Source: a phage. From it: a stretch of 64,000 nucleotides of DNA. The position numbers and the translations under genes were made by a program. Positions 16,437 to 25,130 of this stretch are shown in pieces. The notes below the pieces were generated by a model. That model did not search any database and was not told the origin of the DNA. It worked only from the letters and a program-made list of their open reading frames with translations. The DNA is taken from sequence record PZ386967.1. One strand, 5' to 3'. How positions within the stretch are numbered: the first letter of the stretch is position 1; the number at the start of each line of letters is the position of its first letter.

Positions 16437-16712
16437 ATGAAAATTATCCTCGACGCATATATCCGCCACGGTCAGAAATACCTGATGGCCAAGGTTTACG
16501 ACGGCGAAGAATTGATCCACGCCCAGACCGCCCCAGCTGCCCAGCTGCGAGAAATCATGTCACGCGACTTCCCTGGTGTTGAAATGGTAGAGCCTACCAA
16601 CCAGGCCGAAGTAGACAAAGAGTGGGAGCGCGAATGGAGTCCAGCGGCTATCGCTCGGGCTGAAAAGAATTGGTCTAACCGCGAAAACGCAAACCGCCCT
16701 TTCCGCCGTTAA
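16437..16712 (+). CDS. Hypothetical protein
   Basis: Start trimmed to MKIILD after CAGGAACTACACC leader. Confidence 0.5.
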   Translation: MKIILDAYIRHGQKYLMAKVYDGEELIHAQTAPAAQLREIMSRDFPGVEMVEPTNQAEVDKEWEREWSPAAIARAEKNWSNRENANRPFRR

Positions 16713-16734
16713 TTTGAACCGAAGGAACTATATC

Positions 16735-17070
16735 ATGACACAACTCAAGAACTTCACCGCCGATGACATGTTTGCCTTCCAGGGTGCTGAGCACTTTGCT
16801 GACGGCTCCGTACCTCGCATCTACTACTTCTCCGACGAAGAAATGGAAGATTTCTTCGCCCTGATGGAAAAGGACTACGAACCAGACGACTTCGTTTATA
16901 TCATCCATCACGCCGAAGGACTGACATTGGGCTGGACGGCCAACAATGAACCAGAAGAAGTAAACTTCCCTGAAGGTATCATGTCAGAGCGCGTCGAATA
17001 TCTACTGGAAGCCCTGGACCCCCACACCCTCCCGCTCTGGGCGATGTCTGTAGCCCAAGTTCAAAAATAA
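16735..17070 (+). CDS. Hypothetical acidic protein
   Basis: Start trimmed to MTQLK after AAGGAACTATATC leader. Confidence 0.5.
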   Translation: MTQLKNFTADDMFAFQGAEHFADGSVPRIYYFSDEEMEDFFALMEKDYEPDDFVYIIHHAEGLTLGWTANNEPEEVNFPEGIMSERVEYLLEALDPHTLPLWAMSVAQVQK

Positions 17071-17145
17071 GATAAGGGGGCTGACGCTCCCTTTTGGTTT
17101 CGCTAATTAGAAGAAACCGCCGTTAATTCAATCAGGAGATATAAA

Positions 17146-20130
17146 ATGTCAAAGCCAAGTTTCCTCCAGTTCATGCAGGAAAGAGATCAGTTGGACGAAG
17201 CGTTCAACTCCGCTCCGTATGAGCTGACCATGGGTAAGAAGAACGCAGGCGATGTGTTCTTCACCTTCGTCGACGAAGATGATAAGGAATACCGCATTCA
17301 GTTCTATACTCCTCAGGGACTGGGCAAGAGCGTTCGTCAGGTTTTCATCGGCCAGAAGCGCGGCTCCGTCTATCCTGACGCCATCGCTCGCTTCAAGAAC
17401 CCAATGCGCGTTATTGCTTCCATGATCGAAGCGACCAAACAATTCATGGCGACTCCTCTGGGCAAAACTATCGATGGCTATGCTGTCAACTTCTCGAAGA
17501 AAGCGCTGGATCGCGGTATGACCCTGATTCCTAAGATCATCCGCCAGTCCGGTCTGAAGCAGAAACTGAATGTCATGGACCTGACCTACGCGCCTGTCCC
17601 TGACCGTGGTTATGTGTGGCTAGTTCGTAAGGGCAAAGATCCGGCTCAGGTATTCGACGGTCCGAAGATGCAGGGTATCACCTGGGATGATCCAGACAAG
17701 GTCGGTGACGTTCCGGTTCAGAACAATACTCCGGATGTGGGTGTGTCATCTTCTGTTGATAATTCCAACGGATGGAAATTAACTTCAAACGGGGATCAGC
17801 CCATGTTGATATGGGCTGGTAAGGAGAGAGGCCGCACGAATACGGCAAATATCGCTCCCCACTACAATGAGCCGGGCGTGTATGTTGGCGCATACATGAA
17901 TGAGAAACCTGTGCGTGGGCAAAGTGCTGATTTCATTGCTCGTCAGTTGAAATTACCACAAGTCCCTATCAGTATCCTGAATGATTTCACCACGGCGTCC
18001 ACAAAATTTTGGAAAGGTTCTCAACAGAAATCTGCGCCTGTTGTGCCGGCAGGTTCGGACAGAAATAACCCAGCCAACATTATCGGTTCTGGAACTGCTG
18101 TTATTGATGCCAAACGGCTTGGTGCTCAGGAAGTAAACGTGGAACGATTCAAAAACGGCGTTCGCATGCGTTCTCGAAACGGTGACGTCGACATCAGTAT
18201 TTCTGACCCAGACTTTTCAAATGCAGCAAGTGCGGCTGATGCTGCCACAGCCTCTGTTGTGGTCAAGAACGGGCGTTACGAAGGTGCCATCAATTCAAAG
18301 CGCAAGATTGCCCGCACCTCGAACGAGCAGGGTACTGAATGGGATATCATCGGTGTCAACGGGGAAACCCTTGTCTCTATCAAGTTGAACAAAGTGTCTA
18401 AATCCACATCAGATTCGACCGAGGGTGCAACCAGTGTTGATCAATTACGTGACAGCGGTTTCATCGCTCGTGTTCTGGGTATCATTGATACCAACGTTGG
18501 GCTGGACACTTCTATTCTTCCTGGTGAAAACATCCGTCGCGTGGGCGCTGGTCGTTACACGACGGCAGGCGGGTTGGTTATCGTTGTCAACTTCACAAAC
18601 GTCCTCGCTGGTTTCGTTCAATACTCAGTTTTCAGCGAAATTGCTGAAGAGGAGAACGTGGCCAAAGGTAGCGCCCGTGACGTCGCCAAGGCGGTAATTG
18701 CGTCCATCTTTGAGGTTGCTAAGACCCAGTACACTGGCAAATGGGAAATTAGCGCAGTGCCAACAAGCGCTCCATATCCTATCAAAGCCATTCGCCGTTC
18801 TCGGGGCTGGGGTTATGTGGAAACCGCAAACTGGACTCTGACAGTGTCCGACGCTGTCCTGAATCGTGTGAAGCCAGGGAACACTGCTCTACTGGAACTC
18901 ATCAAAGAACCTCCGCGTGGCAAGCACCCGCTGGAAATCATCCCAGAGAAGGGCGACAAGACCCTGATGCTGAAAGATCGTATCACCGGGGCCATCTATG
19001 GTTCTATCGACCTGAATGCCCAAGGCGCTGATCTGGTCAACTCTGGAACCCTGAAGATACCAAGCAACGCCATGGTGTTTGGTGAGACTGTCAACGGTAT
19101 GTCCATTCGGTGGGATGTCAATTTCCCCGAAACGGGAAAATACGCCGGTACTTCTATGATAACCAACGTGACCTATTACTACGACAAAGGTAAAGTTGCA
19201 TTCACCCCAATTGTCTCTCAGAAAGGGCGTACCCTGAACAATCCGAAGACATATGAACTTCCTTTAAACAAAGATATGGTCCAGAGTGTGATTGATGAGA
19301 TTTCATCAAAAATGGTATATCTTTCCAGAAACCTCCAACAGTTGAAAAGTCAGTCATACAACCCAAACCAGGTGTTCTTGAACGATATAACCATCACGGA
19401 TAAAGGTGAAGTGATTTGGAATGATTACAACTTGTCTGACGGCAAAGTTACACAAATTATGCTGTCCATGATAAGCGCAGAAAATAAACGCCTGGAGAAA
19501 GTAGCAAACACGCCGGATATCAATATCACATTGCCCAAGAAACAAGCTGAAGTGGTAGAATTTATAAACCGGATGATCGATGTCGATCTCACCCCTTATG
19601 TGAGAACCCCCAAAAAACGTGATGTGGTATTATTTGACTCTTCTGAATTGTCGATAAACCAACTCAACAACATAGAACGCCTGGGAAGAGAAACAGGAAA
19701 ATGGTCTCTTCAGCCAAACGGTGGTATGGGTCATGCACTACTTCTGAAAAGCACGTCGCACAATCCGAAGGACGACCTTGCGGCATACGCCGACTCCATT
19801 CGCGACAACGCACCAAAAGGTCGCGACCTGGATTGGCAGATCTATGCAAGCCGTGATGGTCAGACTCTGAACGTGGACTGGGATATCACCTTCCGCCGCA
19901 ACACAACTGAAGGGGCATATCGCGAGTTCAAAGCTCAGATTGACCGCGCCAACCAGTACCTGCAGACACTGTACCGGGATGCGAAGTCCAAGGGTTACAA
20001 CCCGACTGAACCAAACCTGATGACTCTGGATAGCGCCCAGCAGTCTGACCAGTGGGCACGAGACTACGGGGAAGGCGCATACAGCGAGTACGAGCAGTCC
20101 CTGGGTGGCAACATGCAGATTAAGATCTGA
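17146..20130 (+). CDS. Large hypothetical protein (994 aa)
   Basis: Long uninterrupted ORF; no recognisable catalytic motif. Confidence 0.6.
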   Translation: MSKPSFLQFMQERDQLDEAFNSAPYELTMGKKNAGDVFFTFVDEDDKEYRIQFYTPQGLGKSVRQVFIGQKRGSVYPDAIARFKNPMRVIASMIEATKQFMATPLGKTIDGYAVNFSKKALDRGMTLIPKIIRQSGLKQKLNVMDLTYAPVPDRGYVWLVRKGKDPAQVFDGPKMQGITWDDPDKVGDVPVQNNTPDVGVSSSVDNSNGWKLTSNGDQPMLIWAGKERGRTNTANIAPHYNEPGVYVGAYMNEKPVRGQSADFIARQLKLPQVPISILNDFTTASTKFWKGSQQKSAPVVPAGSDRNNPANIIGSGTAVIDAKRLGAQEVNVERFKNGVRMRSRNGDVDISISDPDFSNAASAADAATASVVVKNGRYEGAINSKRKIARTSNEQGTEWDIIGVNGETLVSIKLNKVSKSTSDSTEGATSVDQLRDSGFIARVLGIIDTNVGLDTSILPGENIRRVGAGRYTTAGGLVIVVNFTNVLAGFVQYSVFSEIAEEENVAKGSARDVAKAVIASIFEVAKTQYTGKWEISAVPTSAPYPIKAIRRSRGWGYVETANWTLTVSDAVLNRVKPGNTALLELIKEPPRGKHPLEIIPEKGDKTLMLKDRITGAIYGSIDLNAQGADLVNSGTLKIPSNAMVFGETVNGMSIRWDVNFPETGKYAGTSMITNVTYYYDKGKVAFTPIVSQKGRTLNNPKTYELPLNKDMVQSVIDEISSKMVYLSRNLQQLKSQSYNPNQVFLNDITITDKGEVIWNDYNLSDGKVTQIMLSMISAENKRLEKVANTPDINITLPKKQAEVVEFINRMIDVDLTPYVRTPKKRDVVLFDSSELSINQLNNIERLGRETGKWSLQPNGGMGHALLLKSTSHNPKDDLAAYADSIRDNAPKGRDLDWQIYASRDGQTLNVDWDITFRRNTTEGAYREFKAQIDRANQYLQTLYRDAKSKGYNPTEPNLMTLDSAQQSDQWARDYGEGAYSEYEQSLGGNMQIKI

Positions 20131-20154
20131 TCATTGAAAGCCCCTTCGGGGGCT

Positions 20155-20162
20155 TATAAATA
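20155..20162 (+). promoter_or_regulatory. T4-type late promoter TATAAATA
   Basis: Exact octamer about 25 nt upstream of ATG at 20188, after a hairpin terminator; coordinates approximate. Confidence 0.45.
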
Positions 20163-20187
20163 ACTGAAATCCCCGAGGAGAGATCCA

Positions 20188-20493
20188 ATGAAACCTTTTA
20201 TCGAATATTTTAAAGAACAAGCCGCTCAACCCCAGACCCATGCTGGTGTCCAGGGTAAGACCGTATCCATCACCAAGCAAGCTGACGGCACCCAGTGGTG
20301 TTCCGGCGCTACCGTGACCCAGATTACCCCTGACAATCAGGCGGATGTATATAACCTGGAGTTAACCAACGGCAACACTATCAAGGTGAAGCTGACCCCA
20401 GACCAGACTCACGGTATCTCCCAAGGTCAGGAAGTCGTTGCTGTTCATGACGGCTTCGAATTCTTCTTTGGCAAGTCTATCGACAAAGACTAA
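20188..20493 (+). CDS. Hypothetical late protein
   Basis: ORF with GAGGAG RBS downstream of the TATAAATA element. Confidence 0.5.
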   Translation: MKPFIEYFKEQAAQPQTHAGVQGKTVSITKQADGTQWCSGATVTQITPDNQADVYNLELTNGNTIKVKLTPDQTHGISQGQEVVAVHDGFEFFFGKSIDKD

Positions 20494-20578
20494 GTGAAAC
20501 CATCAAGATGACTCTTGTCAAGCCATGATCATAATCCCCCTTAAATACAGGGGGATTTCTTTTTCTGAGGACAACATC

Positions 20579-20932
20579 ATGGTCAATGCGAGTATTTTCA
20601 TCAACCGTGGACTGCTTGCTATAGCCCACTCTCATGCCTTGCACTTCGTTACAACATCCTATGCCAAGCACAAGGCACTCGGGGAGTTCTACGGGGAATT
20701 GGAGGGCTTGCTGGACACGTTTACCGAAGCATACATCGGTGCGGGTGGTCAGTATGTTCCATCATTCGAGAATATCAAATTGTACAACCCAGACCCTATC
20801 TCCTATATTAACAGTGTGGTGATAGACGTCGATGGCATCTACAAGCAGTGTGACTCCCACCTTCAGAGCACTCTTGACGATATCAAGACACTGTGCTACC
20901 AGACGATCTACAAACTGAAGCAGCTGTCGTAA
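20579..20932 (+). CDS. Hypothetical protein
   Basis: Start trimmed to MVNASIF. Confidence 0.4.
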   Translation: MVNASIFINRGLLAIAHSHALHFVTTSYAKHKALGEFYGELEGLLDTFTEAYIGAGGQYVPSFENIKLYNPDPISYINSVVIDVDGIYKQCDSHLQSTLDDIKTLCYQTIYKLKQLS

Positions 20933-21175
20933 GTCAATACGAAATAAAGGCATATAATTTTGCTCATTATTCGCCAAAAGGAAAGGACAATGAGCAAAAT
21001 CTTTACCCCGACACATGCGCAGCTACATGAATCTCTTGGACGGCTTCGCCCACTTCGAGCGCAACACGGCTGATAAACAGAATATATTGTATGGGGCTTG
21101 ACGACAACTGTGTATAGCTCAAAGTCGTGATGTAGACTATACTGTGACCGAAGTGTTCCAGAGGCAGAAGATCTA

Positions 21176-22237
21176 ATGAAATTTCTTGATGAACAATTCA
21201 TAAATTACGTTGCTCCTAGACTCGATAAATTCAAGTGGGAACGTGTTGGGTCTGTCGCAAATTTTAGATGCCCAATTTGTGGAGATTCTCTCAAAAGTGC
21301 TAACAAGCGACGCGGTTATTTTTTCTTCGATCGAGATAATGATTGCTTTCGGTTTAAATGTCATAATTGCCATAACATGAGTGGCTGGGCGTTTGAGTTC
21401 TGGTTGAAGAAGTTTGATGAACGCTTGTCCACTGAGTACAACATGGAGAAGTTCCGTCTGCTGGGTGATTCATCTTCCAAGCCGCTCCCGGCGCTGAAGC
21501 CTTTGCCAAAGCTGACACAATCAGCCCGTATCGGTTCAATGGAGGCTAAACGCGACGAGAGCCTCCTCGGCAATATGCTCCGGCTTGATCTGCTACCGCC
21601 TGACCATAAGGCTCGGCAGTACGTACAGGGCAGGGGAATGCCGGAGAGCACGTTGCCCCTCCTGTATTACACCCAACACTTCCGCCAGGATCTACTCCAG
21701 TTCGAAACGAATCCCGAGAAGCAGCTGAAAATCCCCGATGACGAGCGGCTGGTGATTCCGTTCTGGACTCAGGATGGTCGCATGAAGATCGTCCAGGGAC
21801 GTGCATTTGAAGTGCGTGATGGGGTACTGCGTTACTCTACTGTCAAGCCGCGCGATGAAGACACTAAGGTCTATGGTGAAGACCGGGTGAACTTTCACAA
21901 GACCAAGCTGGTTGTGGAAGGTCCGATTGACAGCCTGTTCCTACCCAACTGTCTTGCATCAGCCGACGCCGATCTACTGAGTGTGAAGGGTGACATCTAT
22001 ATCCCCGACAACCAGTACCGAAACCCGCAGGTATGTGATGGCATTCAGAAGATGATAGATAAAGGTGTCAAGGTCGTCCTCTTCCCGCCGAACATTCCGT
22101 GGAAGGACATCAATGATATGGTCATGCCTTCGAAGGGTAACATGGCCATACGAGACCTCCTGAAGCTGATTGCACAGAACGTCTACCAGGGGATGGCCGC
22201 ATCACTGCAATTTGCTGAACTGAGGAAAGTGAGATGA
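21176..22237 (+). CDS. 61: DNA primase, gp61-like (zinc ribbon plus TOPRIM)
   Basis: CPICGD..CHNCHN zinc-binding motif near N-terminus; VVEGPIDSLFL TOPRIM-like motif. Confidence 0.75.
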   Translation: MKFLDEQFINYVAPRLDKFKWERVGSVANFRCPICGDSLKSANKRRGYFFFDRDNDCFRFKCHNCHNMSGWAFEFWLKKFDERLSTEYNMEKFRLLGDSSSKPLPALKPLPKLTQSARIGSMEAKRDESLLGNMLRLDLLPPDHKARQYVQGRGMPESTLPLLYYTQHFRQDLLQFETNPEKQLKIPDDERLVIPFWTQDGRMKIVQGRAFEVRDGVLRYSTVKPRDEDTKVYGEDRVNFHKTKLVVEGPIDSLFLPNCLASADADLLSVKGDIYIPDNQYRNPQVCDGIQKMIDKGVKVVLFPPNIPWKDINDMVMPSKGNMAIRDLLKLIAQNVYQGMAASLQFAELRKVR

Positions 22238-22440
22238 CATTAGAAGAACTGAACAAACTGGACGACGGAGAGATCTTGCGGGGGTACTTGAAATCTCGTG
22301 AGGGATATGTCCTATCTGGGGAAGAGTCTCCGAGTTTCATCCACGGCTGGAAGAATGGTCAGGTGGACTTCCATGGGGTTCCCATCAGTGCTGAGCAAGC
22401 CGAATTGGCTCGCGAGTTTGTAAGATTTCGCCCGAACTAA
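22234..22440 (+). CDS. Hypothetical small protein
   Basis: ATGA overlap with primase gene. Confidence 0.4.
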   Translation: MTLEELNKLDDGEILRGYLKSREGYVLSGEESPSFIHGWKNGQVDFHGVPISAEQAELAREFVRFRPN

Positions 22441-22467
22441 AACTTTTTACTTCACATTACTTCCATC

Positions 22468-22563
22468 CAGGCCTCATTCGACGAGGCCTTTTAAAATACT
22501 TCAAAAATAATTTTAAAAAATTATTGAAAAAGACTTTACTCTTCAATAATGATGCACTATTAT
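22468..22563 (+). promoter_or_regulatory. Terminator hairpin plus early-type promoter TTTACT-N17-TATTAT
   Basis: AGGCCTC-attcgac-GAGGCCT hairpin with T-run, AT-rich tract, then promoter; coordinates approximate. Confidence 0.45.
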
Positions 22564-22636
22564 AGTTCACATAGGGCGGTAACACACCGCCGAATGAAAA
22601 GTGAAATGAACCAACTACATTATGAGGAATTACATC

Positions 22637-23125
22637 ATGGCTACCACCAAAACTCTGATCACCAACGGCACCATCTCTTTCGAACTGAACACCGAAGTTG
22701 CTAAAGTTGAAATGTTCCGCATCGCTCAGGCAGCTGGCTTCACTGGTGGCAAAACTTCCTTCATGAACCTGCTGAACGGTAAAGTGAAAGCGACTAACGG
22801 CTTCACCCTGGTAGAGCAGGTTGTGGTTGATAAAGCTGTGGTTGCTAAGACTGCCGACAAAGTTGGTATGCTGAAAAACCTGGGTCACGACATCCACATT
22901 GTCGAAGCAAGCACCGAAACTTACGGCACCATCGTAGTCGGTAAAGGTCGCATCCAGCTGAACCCGCTGAACAACGGTTCCTTCTCTGTGATGGTCTTCC
23001 CTAAGAAGGGGTACGACAACACCGACATCGTGAAAGCTGTTGGCGGCGAAGCAAAAGCTCAGTACGTCAAAATGGGTAAACTGAGCGCCGACGCAGTTGA
23101 AGCTCTGGTGAACAAACTGGCTTAA
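22637..23125 (+). CDS. Hypothetical protein, likely highly expressed
   Basis: Start trimmed to MATTKT after GAGGAATTACATC leader; codon usage biased to CTG/AAA/GGT/GAA. Confidence 0.55.
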   Translation: MATTKTLITNGTISFELNTEVAKVEMFRIAQAAGFTGGKTSFMNLLNGKVKATNGFTLVEQVVVDKAVVAKTADKVGMLKNLGHDIHIVEASTETYGTIVVGKGRIQLNPLNNGSFSVMVFPKKGYDNTDIVKAVGGEAKAQYVKMGKLSADAVEALVNKLA

Positions 23126-23307
23126 TCCAGACGTGTAACATAGGGGAGGCAACTCCCCCTATCAGGTCTTTGGAGGAGATCGCAGTCATTCAATCCTCTT
23201 TGGTGCTCTCTGGGTTGCTGACACATCCAGAACAAAGTCTCCCCCAGCTCCTCGAGTAGTTCACTTTCACTTTAAATACCTCTGCATTCATTGTGGAGGT
23301 ATTTCTT

Positions 23308-24102
23308 ATGGCCATTCTAAAACTTGGCAACCGTGGCACTGAAGTGAAGGCACTTCAGAATAGCCTCAACAAAATCGGCTTCACCCTCGTCGCTGATGGT
23401 ATCTTTGGCAAGGCAACAGAGAACGCCGTCAAGACTGTTCAGGCGGGTGCGGGGCTTGTCATTGATGGTATCGTGGGTCCAAAGACCTCCTATGCTATTC
23501 GCAACGCCGGAGACGCCCATCAGGATCATCTAACTGAGTCAGACCTGATTGATGCTGCTAACGATCTGGGTGTTGACCTCGCCTCTGTCAAGGCGGTGAA
23601 TCAGGTTGAGTCGCGCGGCACGGGCTTCACCAAGTCAGGTAAGATCAAGACATTATTTGAGCGCCACATCATGTATAAGAAGCTGATGGCGAAGTTCGGA
23701 CAGGCTCGAGCGAATGCCATGGGACATATGTACCCGACGTTGGTCAGTCCTTCCGCAGGCGGGTACACGGGAGGCGACGCGGAGTTGGATCGACTTCATG
23801 CGGCCATCAACATCGATGAGGATTGTGCGTACGAGAGCGCCTCTTACGGTCTCTTCCAGATCATGGGATTCAACTGCCAGATCTGTGGATATGCCAACGC
23901 CAAGGAGATGTTCAACGACTTCCTGACAGGAGAACGTGCTCATTTGATGGCATTCGTGAAGTTCATCAAGGCTGACGCCAAGCTCTGGCAGGCTCTGAAG
24001 GACAAGAACTGGTCTGAATTTGCACGGCGCTATAATGGTCCGGCGTATGCCAAGAACCAGTACGACAAGAAGCTCGCAGCAGCATACAAGAGTTTCAGTT
24101 AA
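23308..24102 (+). CDS. Endolysin: peptidoglycan-binding domain plus muramidase-like domain
   Basis: N-terminal PG_binding_1-like LKLGNRGTEVKALQNSL..GIFGKATENAV; C-terminal NWSEFARRYNGPAYAKNQYDKKL typical of phage muramidase (DUF3380-type) endolysins. Confidence 0.75.
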   Translation: MAILKLGNRGTEVKALQNSLNKIGFTLVADGIFGKATENAVKTVQAGAGLVIDGIVGPKTSYAIRNAGDAHQDHLTESDLIDAANDLGVDLASVKAVNQVESRGTGFTKSGKIKTLFERHIMYKKLMAKFGQARANAMGHMYPTLVSPSAGGYTGGDAELDRLHAAINIDEDCAYESASYGLFQIMGFNCQICGYANAKEMFNDFLTGERAHLMAFVKFIKADAKLWQALKDKNWSEFARRYNGPAYAKNQYDKKLAAAYKSFS

Positions 24103-24204
24103 CTCAAAGGCCGGAAACGGCCTTTTCTTTATCCAATCCTCAGGTATGCTGGGGTTGTCACCTTAATTAGAGGTGATGACACCCTGAGATATAGGAAGGT
24201 TCCC

Positions 24205-25047
24205 ATGCAATCTGCCACCAAAGTTGTAAGTAAGAAGCCAGCGGGTAAGACCAAGTCAGCACGTAAGAAAGAGACAATTCAGAAAGAAGATGACTGGATG
24301 AAGTTCTCTAAAGGTGACTTCAGAATCGCTCCATTCAATGGCCTCTCAGAAAATCAGAACCTCGCGTATCAATCTGCTCTTGAAGAAAACCTCACCATCG
24401 CAATCGGTCCGGCAGGCACAGGTAAATCGTATTGTGGTGCCTCAGCCGCCGCCAAGCTCCTGATCGATAAAGTGGTCAGCAAGATCGTCATCACGCGCTC
24501 TCCGCTGCCAACAGGCCAGACTGCAGGCTTCCGCCCTGGCGACACATACGAAAAACTGATGCCATATCTGATGCCCCTGATTCAGACGCTGAAGAAGGTG
24601 CTGAAGACTGACACAGGTAGCGACGGTTTCTTCAACTATCTGTGGGAGAAGCGGATCATTGAGATCCAGGATCTGGAGACCATCAAGGGGATGACCTTCG
24701 ACGACACCTTCCTGATCATTGAAGAAGCGCAGGAATGTGATATGGAGCAGCTGAAGAACCTACTGACCCGCGCATCCGACTCGACTTATATCTTTGTCAA
24801 CGGTGACATCAAACAGTCCAACAAGCGCCTGCGCGACAGCGCCCTTGAAAAGTACGTCAGTTCCTTCCGCGACTTCAACGCCAAGCTGGAGGCCGGAACC
24901 CTGAAGATCGATGGTATTGACGTCGGTGATGAGTACCCTGAATGGGTTCAGCCGTTCAGTATCATCGAGTTCGACAAGTCTGACCGCAACGGGCGCGGCG
25001 ACTTCACCCGCCTGATGCTGGAAGTCAACGATCTGTACGACATTTAA
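24205..25047 (+). CDS. phoH: PhoH-like ATPase
   Basis: Walker A GPAGTGKS and overall PhoH-family layout. Confidence 0.8.
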   Translation: MQSATKVVSKKPAGKTKSARKKETIQKEDDWMKFSKGDFRIAPFNGLSENQNLAYQSALEENLTIAIGPAGTGKSYCGASAAAKLLIDKVVSKIVITRSPLPTGQTAGFRPGDTYEKLMPYLMPLIQTLKKVLKTDTGSDGFFNYLWEKRIIEIQDLETIKGMTFDDTFLIIEEAQECDMEQLKNLLTRASDSTYIFVNGDIKQSNKRLRDSALEKYVSSFRDFNAKLEAGTLKIDGIDVGDEYPEWVQPFSIIEFDKSDRNGRGDFTRLMLEVNDLYDI

Positions 25048-25130
25048 GTAACTCGCCAACCCTCCCCGCCGCCTTCAATCTACGAGGGCGGCGTATAATA
25101 AAACCTGCGTAAACAAACCCGAGGAACACC

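Noticed and set aside
17130-17145. ATATAAAATG upstream of the 994-aa gene as a late promoter
   Set aside because: Does not match the TATAAATA octamer and overlaps the start codon; not called.
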